Under the pieces are notes generated by a model that did not search any database, was not told the DNA's origin, and saw only the letters and a program-made list of their open reading frames with translations. The translations under genes and the position numbers were made by a program. This document shows positions 20,684-32,000 of a stretch of DNA of 32,000 bases, one piece after another (the stretch's first letter is position 1; every line of letters begins with the position of its first letter). Source of the DNA: Candidatus Moranella endobia PCIT (GTDB lineage: Bacteria; Pseudomonadota; Gammaproteobacteria; Enterobacterales; Enterobacteriaceae); NCBI RefSeq assembly GCF_000219175.1, contig NC_015735.1, positions 420,001 through 452,000 of the forward strand, given 5' to 3'.

Positions 20684-21467
20684 AATGAAGCTAGCACTAG
20701 GTATTGAGTATAACGGCAGTGCTTATTCCGGCTGGCAACGCCAGCCGGAAGCGCCGAGCGTGCAGGCTTGCCTTGAGCGCGCGTTGTCGATAGTGGCCAA
20801 CGCGCCAGTGATAGTCCACGGTGCCGGTCGTACTGATGCCGGCGTACACGCTACAGGCCAGGTGGTCCATTTTGAAACCTGGGTGCGCCGGCCGGAATCG
20901 GCCTGGACACTTGGCGTCAACGCCAACCTGCCAGCAGATATTACCGTACGTTGGGTGGTACCGGTGGCAAAAGAGTTTCACGCGCGTTTCAGCGCCACCA
21001 CCAGATGTTACTACTATGTTATTTATAACCATCGCCTGCGGCCAGCATTAGTAGCACACGGGTTAGCTCACTATGGTCGCACACTGGATGCGACGTTGAT
21101 GGCGCGCTCCAGTCAATGTTTATGGGGGGAGAACAATTTTACCTCTTTTCGATCCCTTAAATGCCAATCACGCAGCCCCTGGCGTAACGTACATCATTTG
21201 CACGTCAAACGCCAGGGGAACTATGTAATGGTGGATATAAAAGCAAATGCTTTTGTTCATCATATGGTGCGTAATATTGTAGGAAGTTTGTTGGAGGTAG
21301 GATGTGGTAAACGGCCAGAAAGTTGGATCGCTGAACTACTGTTTTGTCGTGACCGAACGCAGGCTGGCGCCACTGCACAGGCTAAGGGACTTTACCTGGT
21401 GGCAGTAGAGTATCCGTCGCGTTTTTCCCTGCCAACAACGCCGCAGTGGGCGTTATTTCCAACTTAA
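20673..21467 (+). CDS. truA: tRNA pseudouridine(38-40) synthase TruA
   Basis: [19 protein letters not shown]...[20 protein letters not shown]...[19 protein letters not shown] is colinear with E. coli TruA. Start is ATG 20673, or alternatively 20685. Confidence 0.92.
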   Translation: MVFKMKLALGIEYNGSAYSGWQRQPEAPSVQACLERALSIVANAPVIVHGAGRTDAGVHATGQVVHFETWVRRPESAWTLGVNANLPADITVRWVVPVAKEFHARFSATTRCYYYVIYNHRLRPALVAHGLAHYGRTLDATLMARSSQCLWGENNFTSFRSLKCQSRSPWRNVHHLHVKRQGNYVMVDIKANAFVHHMVRNIVGSLLEVGCGKRPESWIAELLFCRDRTQAGATAQAKGLYLVAVEYPSRFSLPTTPQWALFPT

Positions 21468-21714
21468 TATCTAGCTAGATTAGCAGTAGAGGTAGATAGA
21501 TCTATTATTTTATTTGACGTTTGAAAATTTTCGCTCGAGCTATAGCTCGGTTTTGAAGCGCTGGTATTCATAACCCCGGGACTGCTATTGCTGGATGAAC
21601 CAACTGCCAAAATTTCGACATTACGCTCAATCCAGATAAAATAACCCACAAGCTAACTTGTTTGTACGATCGGAGATGAAATTAGTTGGCCTGGTAGTAA
21701 GTAATAGTGGGTAC

Positions 21715-22683
21715 CTATGACGCTAGACGCAGCGATATATCGCCGTCAGAATACGCATGGTATTCTCCGTCCTGCTCCAACAATAAGGCTCCATTGGTGT
21801 TAATGCCGCTCGAAATACCCCTAATTTCCTGATTGCCAATGATTAATTTTACGGGACAATTATAGAAGTTATCCAACGACTGCCAGCGATTAACAAATGG
21901 CGCGAACCCATCACGCTCGAATTGCTGTAGCGTCTGACGCAACGTATTGATCAATTCTGCAACTAGCGCATTGCGATCGATGGTGATGCCAACTTCCTGC
22001 AGGTTAATCCAATCCTGATCGATCATATCACTAGCAGAACCGGGCATATTAAGGTTCATACCGACGCCGATCACAAAATGGATGACGTTACCAACCTGAC
22101 CGGTAATTTCTAACAGTATCCCTGCTAGTTTGCTATTGTTAAGATAAATATCATTTGGCCATTTGACGCGTACTCCTTCGAAACCTAAGCGTTGCAACAT
22201 CTCTGCGATGACAATACCAACCATGATGCTCAGTCCGCTAGTCGCTGACTGCCCCTGCTCAAAACGCCAATATATGGACAAATAAATATTTTTGCCGAAT
22301 GGCGATAGCCACTTTCGGCCGCGCCGGCCACGTCCCTGTGTCTGATATTCTGCCGTACAGACGTCGCCAGGTTCTAATATGCCAATACGATCGATTAAAT
22401 ACTGATTGGTGGAATTAATCACCGATATAACCACGAGCCGACCATAAGGTAAGCGCGCCCAGATCGCAGTTTCATCCAATAACTGCAGCGGCTCATGTAA
22501 ACGGTAGCCTGTCTTAGGTACTGTAATTGTAAGGACCTCTACTCCCCACTCGCGCACTGTTTGAATATATTTGTTAATCTCCGCAAAACTCATTCCAAAC
22601 AGCGCGCTTAATTTGGCTCCGGAATGAAACTCACCATCGGCCAGCAAGCTTATAAGCTTGAGTGGTATACCTACGTTTTTCAT
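21715..22683 (-). CDS. birA: bifunctional biotin--[acetyl-CoA-carboxylase] ligase / biotin operon repressor BirA
   Basis: From ATG 22683, MKNVGIPLKLISLLADGEFHSG...TNQYL...GRGRRGRKW...KWPNDIYL is colinear with E. coli BirA at 322 aa. The 22-codon extension in the ORF track is the murB tail read in another frame. Confidence 0.92.
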   Translation of the reverse strand: MKNVGIPLKLISLLADGEFHSGAKLSALFGMSFAEINKYIQTVREWGVEVLTITVPKTGYRLHEPLQLLDETAIWARLPYGRLVVISVINSTNQYLIDRIGILEPGDVCTAEYQTQGRGRRGRKWLSPFGKNIYLSIYWRFEQGQSATSGLSIMVGIVIAEMLQRLGFEGVRVKWPNDIYLNNSKLAGILLEITGQVGNVIHFVIGVGMNLNMPGSASDMIDQDWINLQEVGITIDRNALVAELINTLRQTLQQFERDGFAPFVNRWQSLDNFYNCPVKLIIGNQEIRGISSGINTNGALLLEQDGEYHAYSDGDISLRLAS

Positions 22684-22687
22684 TCTA

Positions 22688-23650
22688 TCACTGCCAACTA
22701 ATATTGCTATTAACGCCGAAGCTAACTTCAGGCTCCAGCCAGACATCAACTAGTTCGTCAATTTTTCAGCGCACATGGCGCGCCCAACAAGTTAACCAAT
22801 CTACCTCCGTATGGGTCACTATTATGCGTCTTAACACATCACAATCTTGATAGACGATAGGGGGTAGGTAATTGACCGATCTTTTGGCGAAATATGACGG
22901 TAGATGACGGTAACTGCTGTTGCACAGCGCATACTATCTATAGCAAATAGTACTGTAATCATTACTCATTAACCATTTCATGGTTACACCTGATAATTAC
23001 CATATCCTACATTCCTACATATTATTATCGGAGGAACGAATTAAAAAAAATAACCATACTAACTTTCGAGCTCTTACTGTTATGGATATAATAACCATTC
23101 TTAGATCTAGGAACAAGGCAAAGATCATTTATTATAGCCTATTTGGCGCAGCGATATATCGCCGAGCAAATTATGGTCAACCATGTTCATAGTCGTCTCG
23201 TCCACCTGCAGGACGGTAGTACAACATCACCCCCGCTACGCTGGTAGTTTTTGCTAGCAAAACACGATCCTGCATCTGGGTAGCTACCGTTAAGGCTTGC
23301 TGGTTAGCCTAACTAGGCACCAGAAACAGAACTAGAACTAGCGAATAAACTAAAGATTAAAATTTAACCGCTGGTTTTAGGTTAATGATGGGTTAAGAAC
23401 AGATTCTGGTTGGTTGCCTGAAAGGCAATTGGTGCCAAAAATACTAGTCGCATGCAGTTAGCCTAAATTTAAGACATTAATACACTTCCGTTTTCGGAAG
23501 TACGCTGGTTAATTCATATTTGCACCGGGTTAATTACCGTTTTTGACTCCTAAGCCTACGCTACTATGAGGTAACGTCGATAATTGGTGCGGCATACTCT
23601 AGGCATATGTATTGATCATCTTGTGATCATCGTGATGATGAATATCACTG
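22688..23650 (-). pseudogene. murB: murB (UDP-N-acetylenolpyruvoylglucosamine reductase) pseudogene, heavily eroded
   Basis: Immediately upstream of birA, as in the E. coli murB-birA operon, and about the length of murB. Minus-strand fragments:
- HVR*KIDELVDVWLEPEVSFGVNSNISWQ* at 22777-22688 (E. coli [28 protein letters not shown]), with an in-frame TGA at 22766-22768.
- YGYFF* near 23041-23055 (AGSFFKNP).
- LLGDISLRQ near 23146-23170 (TYGDLTRL).
- NPVQI*I...SENGSVLM near 23475-23530 (QPVLILGEGSNVLF).
No ORF of 60 aa or more is listed on this strand. The 5' boundary is approximate. Confidence 0.65.
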
Positions 23651-23690
23651 ATGTAATGCTTATTAACCTAATTAAGGACCTTGAATTATT

Positions 23691-24245
23691 ATGCTGACAT
23701 TGACGTTTTTTGTAAAAACGCTAATCGATATTTATATTATGGTGCTGCTGCTACGACTTTGGATGCAATGGACGCACTGCGATTTCTATAACCAATTTTC
23801 GCAACTTATCGTCAAAATAACCCAGCCAATTGTTGGCCCATTGCGCAGAATTATTCCTGCCTTCGGCCAGTTGGACACGGTATCGCTGTTTCTGGCATTA
23901 ATTTTAGCAATGATAAAATTACCGCTACTGACTCTTATTGAAATACGCATACTGATCATTGATATAATTTACTTGATGGTAGGTATGCTAGCTTTTATGA
24001 AAGCGGCCGGTGAACTGATGTTCTGGGTGGTTATTGTTCGTTCATTGCTAAGTTGGGTCAGCCAAGGCCGCAGTCCAATGGATGTAGTATTCTATCAATT
24101 AAGCGAACCGCTCATGTATCCTATTCGCTGTATTCTGCCTGCCATGGGTGGCATCGACTTTTCGGCGATGGTAGTGATTCTGATCCTATACGCCTTAAAT
24201 TATCTTGGTATGGATTTGTTCTCTGGCATTTGGTATCGCCTATGA
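23691..24245 (+). CDS. yggT: YggT-family (Ycf19-like) integral membrane protein
   Basis: MLTLTFFVKTLIDIYIMVLLLRLWMQWTHCDFYNQFSQLIVKITQPIVGPLRRIIPA...SWVSQGRSP...PAMGGIDFS is colinear with E. coli YggT. Confidence 0.9.
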   Translation: MLTLTFFVKTLIDIYIMVLLLRLWMQWTHCDFYNQFSQLIVKITQPIVGPLRRIIPAFGQLDTVSLFLALILAMIKLPLLTLIEIRILIIDIIYLMVGMLAFMKAAGELMFWVVIVRSLLSWVSQGRSPMDVVFYQLSEPLMYPIRCILPAMGGIDFSAMVVILILYALNYLGMDLFSGIWYRL

Positions 24246-24300
24246 TCGACTGCCAGCCGTCTATTTATGACATTCTTGCTGCTGTTGGAAACCTTAAGAG

Positions 24301-25434
24301 ATGCAGAATTTACCGCCACTTAGTCTATACCTACATATTCCATGGTGCGTGCGAAAATGCCCTTATTGCGATTTCAATACCCAAGCAATAAAGGGAAATA
24401 TACCACATCAGGAATATGTAGATCATATGTTGACGGACTTGGAACAAGATTACTGTCTTACTGACGGTAGAACCGTCAATACCCTGTTCATTGGTGGTGG
24501 CACACCGAGTTTGCTGTCGGTCAACGCCCTGCAATCGTTGCTTGCTGGCGTGCGCCAGCGCTTACCTATGGCGCCAGATGCTGAAATTACCATTGAAGCT
24601 AATCCGGGCACAGTCGATACTGATCGTTTTGCGGCTTATCAGCAGGCGGGTATCAATCGTATTTCTCTTGGCGTACAAAGCTTCAATCTGGAGAAGCTAT
24701 CTAGTCTTGGCCGTATCCATGACGCTGAGGAAGCCAGGTTAGCAACGCAGTTGGTGTCTACTCTCGGTCTAAACAATTTTAATCTTGATTTGATGCACGG
24801 TCTACCTGGCCAGTCACTTACAGAAGCACTTGATGATTTGGCCCAAGCGATCGTACTAGCACCGTCGCATGTCTCCTGGTACCAATTAACTATAGAGCCA
24901 AAAACATTGTTTGGCTTACATCCGCCAGAACTACCAGATGATGATGTACTTTGGGACATCTACCAACGCGGCGACCGGCTGCTCAAGGCAGCTGGTTACT
25001 TTCAGTATGAAACCTCAGCCTATGCACAGCTAGGTTTCCAATGCTGCCACAATCTAAATTATTGGCGTTTCGGCGATTATCTTGGTATCGGATGCGGTGC
25101 CCACGGCAAGCTGACGCAGTCGAACTGTACGGTTGTGCGGACAGTAAAAACTCAACATCCGCGTGGTTATATGCAGAGTAACTATCTGGCGAAACGTTAT
25201 CAGGTCGCATCGGCTGATTTACCGTTTGAATATTTCATGAACCGCTTCCGGTTGTTGGAAGCGGTGCCGCGTGTAGAATTCACCAACTTTACAGGGCTTG
25301 AGGAACACGTGGTGCGCGCGGCGCTAGATCAGGCGCTGGCCGGCAATTATATCACCGAAAACGATAGCCACTGGCAGGTAACAAAAAAAGGTCAGTTATT
25401 TCTCAATTCTTTACTGGAGATGTTTATTTTATAA
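24301..25434 (+). CDS. hemW: radical SAM heme chaperone HemW (YggW)
   Basis: LPPLSLYLHIPWCVRKCPYCDFN carries the CxxxCxxC motif, followed by IGGGTPS and NLNYWRFGDYLGIGCGAHGK. Colinear with E. coli HemW at 377 aa. Confidence 0.92.
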   Translation: MQNLPPLSLYLHIPWCVRKCPYCDFNTQAIKGNIPHQEYVDHMLTDLEQDYCLTDGRTVNTLFIGGGTPSLLSVNALQSLLAGVRQRLPMAPDAEITIEANPGTVDTDRFAAYQQAGINRISLGVQSFNLEKLSSLGRIHDAEEARLATQLVSTLGLNNFNLDLMHGLPGQSLTEALDDLAQAIVLAPSHVSWYQLTIEPKTLFGLHPPELPDDDVLWDIYQRGDRLLKAAGYFQYETSAYAQLGFQCCHNLNYWRFGDYLGIGCGAHGKLTQSNCTVVRTVKTQHPRGYMQSNYLAKRYQVASADLPFEYFMNRFRLLEAVPRVEFTNFTGLEEHVVRAALDQALAGNYITENDSHWQVTKKGQLFLNSLLEMFIL

Positions 25435-25752
25435 GGATCTTTTATCAGGCCACGTAAACGTTTAGAACAGCACAACTACGACTAAGCTATGCTGCTCTAA
25501 CTCATCGCCTAACCTGATACGCCGCCTGAAAGCTGCATCTACATCTACGTACGTGTGTTTACCAATATTCTGGCGGTGCAGAACCAGTTTGACACTCATT
25601 CCCACTTAACCACCTTACTAACAACCATGATGGCGATTAATTAACAACACCAGGCTAGTTTGTTGCCTAACAGCATGACCGTAACAAACATGTCAGCTAT
25701 TATTGGGAGAATGTAGCATTATGAGAAAGATTTATTTAAACTATGTGTTGTT

Positions 25753-26823
25753 ATGCGCCTTGATGACTTCTTGTTTGAATTACCAGCTCATCTGATTGCC
25801 CGCTATCCGCAGAGGGAACGCAGCGCATGCCGTTTGCTGTCGCTGGATGGTGAGACGGGCGCTTTGGTGCATCAGGTTTTTACCGATTTAATCAATAACT
25901 TGGCTCCTGGTGATTTGTTGGTTTTCAACAATACTCGGGTGATCCCAGCCCGGTTATTTGGCCGCAAAATCAGCGGGGGTAAAATTGAAATCATGGTTGA
26001 AAGAATTATCAATGATAAACAAGTGCTGGCACACGTACGCGCTTCCAAGGTACTTAAAGTTGGTACTACGCTACTATTGGGTGATGATAACAGTATCGCC
26101 GCCACTATGGTAGCCCGCCATGATTCACTGTATGAACTGCGTTTTAACGACCAACGAGATGTGCTAACGCTACTGGATGAAAAAGGTCATATACCTTTAC
26201 CACCCTATATTGATAGGCCAGATAACGTCGCGGATAGTACACGTTATCAGACTGTGTACAGTGAACGGCCCGGCGCAGTTGCTGCTCCTACCGCCGGTCT
26301 GCATTTCGATGAGTTGATACTAGCGAAGCTACGCGCTAAAGGTATTGAAATGGCTTTTGTAACCCTTCATGTTGGCGCGGGCACCTTCCAGCCGGTGCGG
26401 GTTAATAGGATCGAGCAGCATCGAATGCACTCAGAGTATGTTGAAGTGCCGCAAGAAGTAGTTAACGCGGTTTTGGCCTGTAAGGCGCGCGCCAAACGCG
26501 TAGTTGCAGTTGGCACCACTTCAGTTCGTTCGCTTGAGAGCGCCGCGGCCGCGGCAGGAGAACAAGTGCTTGCGCCGTTTTACGGTGACACTAGCATATT
26601 TATTTATCCCGGTTATCATTTTCGCGTGATTGATGCACTTATTACCAATTTTCACCTGCCGAAGTCAACCTTGATAATGCTGGTATCGGCGTTCGCTGGC
26701 TATCACCATACGGTAGCAGCCTACCGTGAAGCGGTAGCGCAGGAGTACCGTTTTTTTAGTTACGGGGATGCCATGTTTATCACCCGTAACCCCACTGCTG
26801 CTAATATAGCGCACATGAATTAG
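25753..26823 (+). CDS. queA: S-adenosylmethionine:tRNA ribosyltransferase-isomerase QueA
   Basis: The 356-aa product [19 protein letters not shown]...[18 protein letters not shown]...[11 protein letters not shown]...[12 protein letters not shown] is colinear with E. coli QueA. Confidence 0.94.
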   Translation: MRLDDFLFELPAHLIARYPQRERSACRLLSLDGETGALVHQVFTDLINNLAPGDLLVFNNTRVIPARLFGRKISGGKIEIMVERIINDKQVLAHVRASKVLKVGTTLLLGDDNSIAATMVARHDSLYELRFNDQRDVLTLLDEKGHIPLPPYIDRPDNVADSTRYQTVYSERPGAVAAPTAGLHFDELILAKLRAKGIEMAFVTLHVGAGTFQPVRVNRIEQHRMHSEYVEVPQEVVNAVLACKARAKRVVAVGTTSVRSLESAAAAAGEQVLAPFYGDTSIFIYPGYHFRVIDALITNFHLPKSTLIMLVSAFAGYHHTVAAYREAVAQEYRFFSYGDAMFITRNPTAANIAHMN

Positions 26824-26826
26824 TAA

Positions 26827-28023
<1,197 letters not shown>

Positions 28024-28130
28024 ATAACTTTAATATATGATTTATTTGTTGAAGCAGTTTCTGCCCAAGTTGTTCTATTCTATTAACGTCCTGATTTCTT
28101 ATGAACTGGTAAATAAGTACGAGCAGCAAG

Positions 28131-28154
28131 ATTGCTATGTTGGTTGCTATGTCG
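28131..28154. repeat. tandem 12-mer duplication (ttgctatgttgg / ttgctatgtcgg)
   Basis: Read directly from the sequence, in the tgt-sufA spacer about 150 bp upstream of sufA. Confidence 0.85.
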
Positions 28155-28297
28155 GTTAATAATAGCTTGCAAAACTGGATCGATATATTTAGCTCGACCA
28201 GCAGCAAGTATTATCATTGTTGCTGAACAAAACCAATCTATGAACGATGGAACGTTAATTATTCCCAATCACAACCATACTACCTGAGGTAAACCTG

Positions 28298-28705
28298 ATG
28301 CAGATCGACATTAAAGTTGATACATGCTCCATGGAGGAGCATAGCTGGCGAGGTCTGACGCTAACAGATGCCGCCGCCCGGCAGATCAAGCTGCTCGTTG
28401 GAAATGACCCATCTATGCTAGGGTTAAGGTTGAGCGTGAAACAGTCTGGCTGCGCTGGTTTCAGCTATGTGGTGGCAAAGGCAACGCGGTATAATAATAA
28501 CGACGTAGTTTACGAGCAATCTGGCGCCAGATTGTATGTCCCGCTGAAGGCAATGCAGTTCCTTGACGGCACGGAACTAGACTACGTTCAGGAAGGACTA
28601 AATTCAGTATTTAAATTTAACAATCCTAAAGCTCAGCACGCCTGTGGGTGCGGCGAAAGCTTTAGCCTGGGAGTGATCAAGCATCATGGCAAGAAGCACA
28701 ACTGA
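28298..28705 (+). CDS. sufA: Fe-S cluster assembly A-type carrier SufA
   Basis: [14 protein letters not shown]...[12 protein letters not shown]...[18 protein letters not shown] matches E. coli SufA, including the C-x63-CGC cysteines. GAGG lies 8 nt upstream of ATG 28298. About 12 extra C-terminal residues overlap sufB. Confidence 0.9.
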   Translation: MQIDIKVDTCSMEEHSWRGLTLTDAAARQIKLLVGNDPSMLGLRLSVKQSGCAGFSYVVAKATRYNNNDVVYEQSGARLYVPLKAMQFLDGTELDYVQEGLNSVFKFNNPKAQHACGCGESFSLGVIKHHGKKHN

Positions 28706-30188
28706 CACCACTGCAGCTACTGAAGCAACTAAAATTTGGGAAAAAAAATATCGCTATAAAGAAGGATTCTTTACCCAACTAGCAACGGAAGAACTGGCTT
28801 ACGGCATCAGCGAAGATGTAGTACGTGCCATCTCTGCGAAACGCGCTGAACCTGGGTGGATGCTGGAATTGCGTCTTAATGCCTATAGCGCCTGGTTGAA
28901 CATGGAAGAACCACACTGGCTGAAAGCACATTATCACCCTATAGACTATAATGCTTACAGCTACTATTCCGCGCCGTACTGCGATGCTGGCGACGATGCT
29001 TGCTGGTCACAGTACGATGCCACTCGGTCCAGAGCGGACGGGGCGAAATCCTATCTGACCGATGAAGTGGAAAAGACCTTTAATAAACTAGGTGTGCCGG
29101 TACGCGAAGGCAACAATATCGCGGTAGATGCTATTTTCGATTCTGTGTCGGTTTCTACTACCTATCGCGATAAGCTGGCTGAACATGGAATTATTTTTTG
29201 TTCCTTTGGCGAAGCAATTCATAAACACCCGGAACTGGTGCGCCAATATCTTGGCAGTGTGGTACCTGCTAACGATAACTTCTTTGCCGCGCTAAACTTA
29301 GCAGTTGCTTCCGACGGTACATTCGTTTATGTACCAAAAGGCGTACGCTGTCCAATGGAACTGTCAACCTATTTCCGCATTAATGCTGCCAAAACTGGCC
29401 AGTTTGAACGTACCATCCTTATCGCTGATGAAGGCAGCTATGTAAGCTATATTGAGGGATGTTCAGCACCGGTGCGCGACAGCTATCAGCTACATGCAGC
29501 GGTGGTTGAAGTTATTGTGCTGAAAGATGCAGAAGTTAAGTATTCCACAGTACAAAACTGGTTCGCTGGTAGTGAGACCGAAGGCGGGATTCTAAACTTT
29601 GTTACCAAACGCGCACTTTGCGCTAGTGAAAACGCTAAAATGTCTTGGATGCAGTCCGAAACTGGCTCGGCCATTACCTGGAAGTACCCGAGCGTGATTT
29701 TGCGTGGTAACCATTCGGTAGGAAAATTCTTCTCGGTGGCGATTACCAACGGCCGCCAGCAGGCGGATACCGGTACCAAAATGATCCATATCGGCAAGAA
29801 TACACGATCAACTATTATCTCAAAGGGCATTGCTTCTGGCAAGAGCGAAAACACTTATCGTGGGTTAGTGAAGATTATGCCGAACGCCACCAACGCGCGT
29901 AACTTTACCCAATGTGATTCTATGCTGATTGGTAGCGAATGTGGTGCACACACTTTTCCTTCTGTTGAAGCTCGTAATAACACCGCTAAGTTAGAGCACG
30001 AGGCTACTACCTCTCGTATCGGCGAACATCAATTGTTTTACTGCCGACAGCGCGGTATCAGCAAAGATGATGCTATTTCGCTGATAGTTAATGGATTTTG
30101 TAAGGAAGTTTTCTCAGAACTACCGCTGGAGTTTGCGGTGGAAGCACAAAAATTACTGGCTATTAACCTTACACACAGCGTGGGCTGA
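28686..30188 (+). CDS. sufB: Fe-S cluster assembly scaffold SufB
   Basis: The 500-aa product is colinear with E. coli SufB. Conserved residues include [10 protein letters not shown] (C254 equivalent), [10 protein letters not shown] (C405 equivalent) and [11 protein letters not shown] (H433/E434 equivalents). Confidence 0.95.
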   Translation: MARSTTDTTAATEATKIWEKKYRYKEGFFTQLATEELAYGISEDVVRAISAKRAEPGWMLELRLNAYSAWLNMEEPHWLKAHYHPIDYNAYSYYSAPYCDAGDDACWSQYDATRSRADGAKSYLTDEVEKTFNKLGVPVREGNNIAVDAIFDSVSVSTTYRDKLAEHGIIFCSFGEAIHKHPELVRQYLGSVVPANDNFFAALNLAVASDGTFVYVPKGVRCPMELSTYFRINAAKTGQFERTILIADEGSYVSYIEGCSAPVRDSYQLHAAVVEVIVLKDAEVKYSTVQNWFAGSETEGGILNFVTKRALCASENAKMSWMQSETGSAITWKYPSVILRGNHSVGKFFSVAITNGRQQADTGTKMIHIGKNTRSTIISKGIASGKSENTYRGLVKIMPNATNARNFTQCDSMLIGSECGAHTFPSVEARNNTAKLEHEATTSRIGEHQLFYCRQRGISKDDAISLIVNGFCKEVFSELPLEFAVEAQKLLAINLTHSVG

Positions 30189-30244
30189 AGTTGCCGAACC
30201 TTGTTTGCGGCTGCTGCTACAGGCAAGGTCAAGAGAAATGAGAC

Positions 30245-30985
30245 ATGTTATCGATTAAAGATCTTAACGTCAGTGTAAAAAACAACGTTATTCTCAATAG
30301 ATTGAATCTAGAAGTAAAATTAGGTGAAGTGCATGCCATCATGGGGCCGAACGGTTCCGGTAAGAGTACCCTGGCCACTACTCTAGCAGGAAGTGAAGAT
30401 TATGACGTAACATCCGGACAGGTTTTGTTCAAAGGCTGCAATTTACTGGAGCTAGAACCGGAAGAACGGGCCGGTAAAGGAGTTTTCATGGCTTTTCAAT
30501 ATCCGTTAGAAATTCCCGGTGTCAGTAATCAGTTTTTCCTGCAAACTGCAGTCAATGCCGTACGTAAATACCGCAAGCAGTCGCCATTGGACCGCTTCGA
30601 TTTTGCTGATTTCATAAACACCAAAATTGCACTGCTGCACATACCTGCTGACCTACTAACCAGATCAGTCAACGTAGGGTTTTCCGGCGGTGAGAAAAAA
30701 AGTAATGATATTCTGCAAATGGTCGCGTTGGAGCCTGATTTGTGTATTCTGGACGAAACAGACTCAGGTCTAGATATCGATGCGCTGAAAATGGTCACTC
30801 ATGGGGTTAATACCCTGCAAAATGGCGAACGTTCCTTTATTATTGTTACGCACTATCAGCGTATTCTTGATTACATTCAACCCGATTATGTCCATGTTAT
30901 GAATCAGGGCCGAATTGTACAATCAGGTGATTTTTCTCTGGTAAAAAAGATTGAGGAACAAGGCTATGGCTGGCTTACTAAATAA
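30245..30985 (+). CDS. sufC: Fe-S cluster assembly ATPase SufC
   Basis: MLSIKDLNVSV...GPNGSGKSTL...FSGGEKK..ILDETDSGLDIDAL..THYQRIL is colinear with E. coli SufC. Confidence 0.95.
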   Translation: MLSIKDLNVSVKNNVILNRLNLEVKLGEVHAIMGPNGSGKSTLATTLAGSEDYDVTSGQVLFKGCNLLELEPEERAGKGVFMAFQYPLEIPGVSNQFFLQTAVNAVRKYRKQSPLDRFDFADFINTKIALLHIPADLLTRSVNVGFSGGEKKSNDILQMVALEPDLCILDETDSGLDIDALKMVTHGVNTLQNGERSFIIVTHYQRILDYIQPDYVHVMNQGRIVQSGDFSLVKKIEEQGYGWLTK

Positions 30986-32000
30986 ACGCAACAATAGTCG
31001 TAGTAATATTAGTAGTAATACTGCCGCACTTACACAGTGGCGCCAACTTTTTTTCGACCATAACTGTTCACCATTCACCGATAAATATGCGCATTGGCAG
31101 GATGTTGAACGCCTAGGTCTACCCAACGGTCAACATGAGCATTGGAAATACACCCCGCTTGACGGGCTACTTGCTCATAGTTTTACCCCCGCCACTACTA
31201 GTTTGGTATCTATCGATGACCTTGATGAGCTTAGTCTGAAGATAGATGCCTGCCGTCTAGTTTTTATCAATGGCAGTTTTGCCCCAACACTTAGTGATAG
31301 CCATACTGGCATATGGCAAGTAGAGGTCGAGAAGGGAGCAGCTAGGAGGTCACTGCCTGTCCCTATTCAGCCTGATATGTTCTTACATTTAACCGAAAGT
31401 CTGAGCCAGGAAACCACTAATATCCGCCTACCAGCTGGTATGGTGGCGCAACGTCCATTATATTTACTGCATCTTAGTCAGGGTAGCGATGATCAAGCCA
31501 ATCTTAGTACGGTGCATTACCGCCATCATCTTGAGGTGGGGGCCAACTCACAGTGTCAGGTTATTGAACATTTTGTTAGCATAAACGCCCACGGTCATTT
31601 CAGCGGGGCACGAATGTCAATGGCGGTCGACGCCAACGCCCACCTAAGCCATATCAAATTAGCCTTTGAAAGTCGCGCTAGCTACCATTTTGGTCATAAC
31701 GATATTAGCGTTGACCGAGCTGCTGTGGTACGCAGTAGTACGTTTATTTTAGGTGCTGGTTTAACCCGACATCAAACTAGTGCGCAGCTAAACGGCGAAG
31801 GTGCTAATATTGCAATAAACAGTTTGTTGCTACCTTCGGCGGCAGATATCAGCGATACCCGCACCTACCTTGAACACAACCAGGGCCATTGCTTTAGCCG
31901 CCAGCTGCACAAGGTAATCGCGCGCGACCATGGTAAGGGTGTGTGCAATGGATTGATTAAAGTGGCGAAAAATGCGCTCAAGACCGACGGTAAAATGACC
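30966..32000 (+). CDS. sufD: Fe-S cluster assembly protein SufD (5' 345 codons; continues beyond the window)
   Basis: It is absent from the ORF track because no stop codon falls inside the window. The frame from ATG 30966 overlaps sufC by 20 nt and is open to 32000. MAGLLNKRNNS...TQWRQLF...HEHWKYTPLDGLL...MFLHLTESLSQ...VHYRHHLEV...HIKLAFES...TRTYLEHNQGHCFSRQLHKVI...LKTDGKMT parallels E. coli SufD (MAGLPNSSNALQQWHHLF, HENWKYTPLEGLI, FLHLTESLAQ, AHYRHHLDL, HIKLAFEN, TRTWLEHNKGFCNSRQLHKTIV). Confidence 0.9.
   Translation, partial: MAGLLNKRNNSRSNISSNTAALTQWRQLFFDHNCSPFTDKYAHWQDVERLGLPNGQHEHWKYTPLDGLLAHSFTPATTSLVSIDDLDELSLKIDACRLVFINGSFAPTLSDSHTGIWQVEVEKGAARRSLPVPIQPDMFLHLTESLSQETTNIRLPAGMVAQRPLYLLHLSQGSDDQANLSTVHYRHHLEVGANSQCQVIEHFVSINAHGHFSGARMSMAVDANAHLSHIKLAFESRASYHFGHNDISVDRAAVVRSSTFILGAGLTRHQTSAQLNGEGANIAINSLLLPSAADISDTRTYLEHNQGHCFSRQLHKVIARDHGKGVCNGLIKVAKNALKTDGKMT

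Noticed and set aside
28206-28223. Fur box upstream of sufA
   Set aside because: Only about 12 of 19 positions match GATAATGATAATCATTATC, with one exact GATAAT hexamer. That is too weak to call as a feature without a PWM score, so it is kept only as a hypothesis in the findings.

Overview
I did not find a convincing novel multi-gene system, and nothing here resembles a defence island, CRISPR array, IS element, integrase or phage module. The window reads as a housekeeping stretch of a gammaproteobacterial (Enterobacterales-like) genome undergoing reductive evolution, which is typical of an insect endosymbiont; that attribution is an inference from gene content and decay, not a database hit.

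The recognisable genes are E. coli-like:
- Minus strand: pcnB, dksA, aroK, serT (tRNA-Ser UGA), mnmA, pta, ackA, birA.
- Plus strand: recJ, prfB, lysS, tusE, ydjM, typA/bipA, truA, yggT, hemW, queA, tgt, sufA, sufB, sufC and the 5' part of sufD.

These sit in short blocks that keep E. coli microsynteny: dksA-[gluQ lost]-pcnB-folK, recJ-prfB-lysS, serT-yccA, ackA-pta, pdxB-[usg lost]-truA, murB-birA, yggT-[yggU/rdgB lost]-hemW, queA-tgt and sufABCD. The blocks are stitched together in a non-E. coli order by 0.2-1 kb of ORF-poor DNA. By my coordinates roughly three quarters of the window is intact coding sequence.

By translating the gaps I could support four pseudogenes:
- folK
- yccA
- pdxB, with an internal deletion of the NAD-binding domain
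- murB

The ORF track misses or distorts several things:
- The prfB +1 programmed frameshift (AGGAGG-TAT-CTT-TGA-C).
- A probable ATT start with its own Shine-Dalgarno (SD) sequence for pcnB.
- sufD, which has no stop codon inside the window.
- Several over-extended N-termini (lysS, dksA, birA, tgt, ydjM, mnmA).

The least explained structure is a set of unusually long, mutually unrelated, perfect or near-perfect inverted repeats between 15.7 and 19.7 kb, with arms of 13, 23, 19 and 13 bp. One of them is embedded in the 3' end of ydjM.
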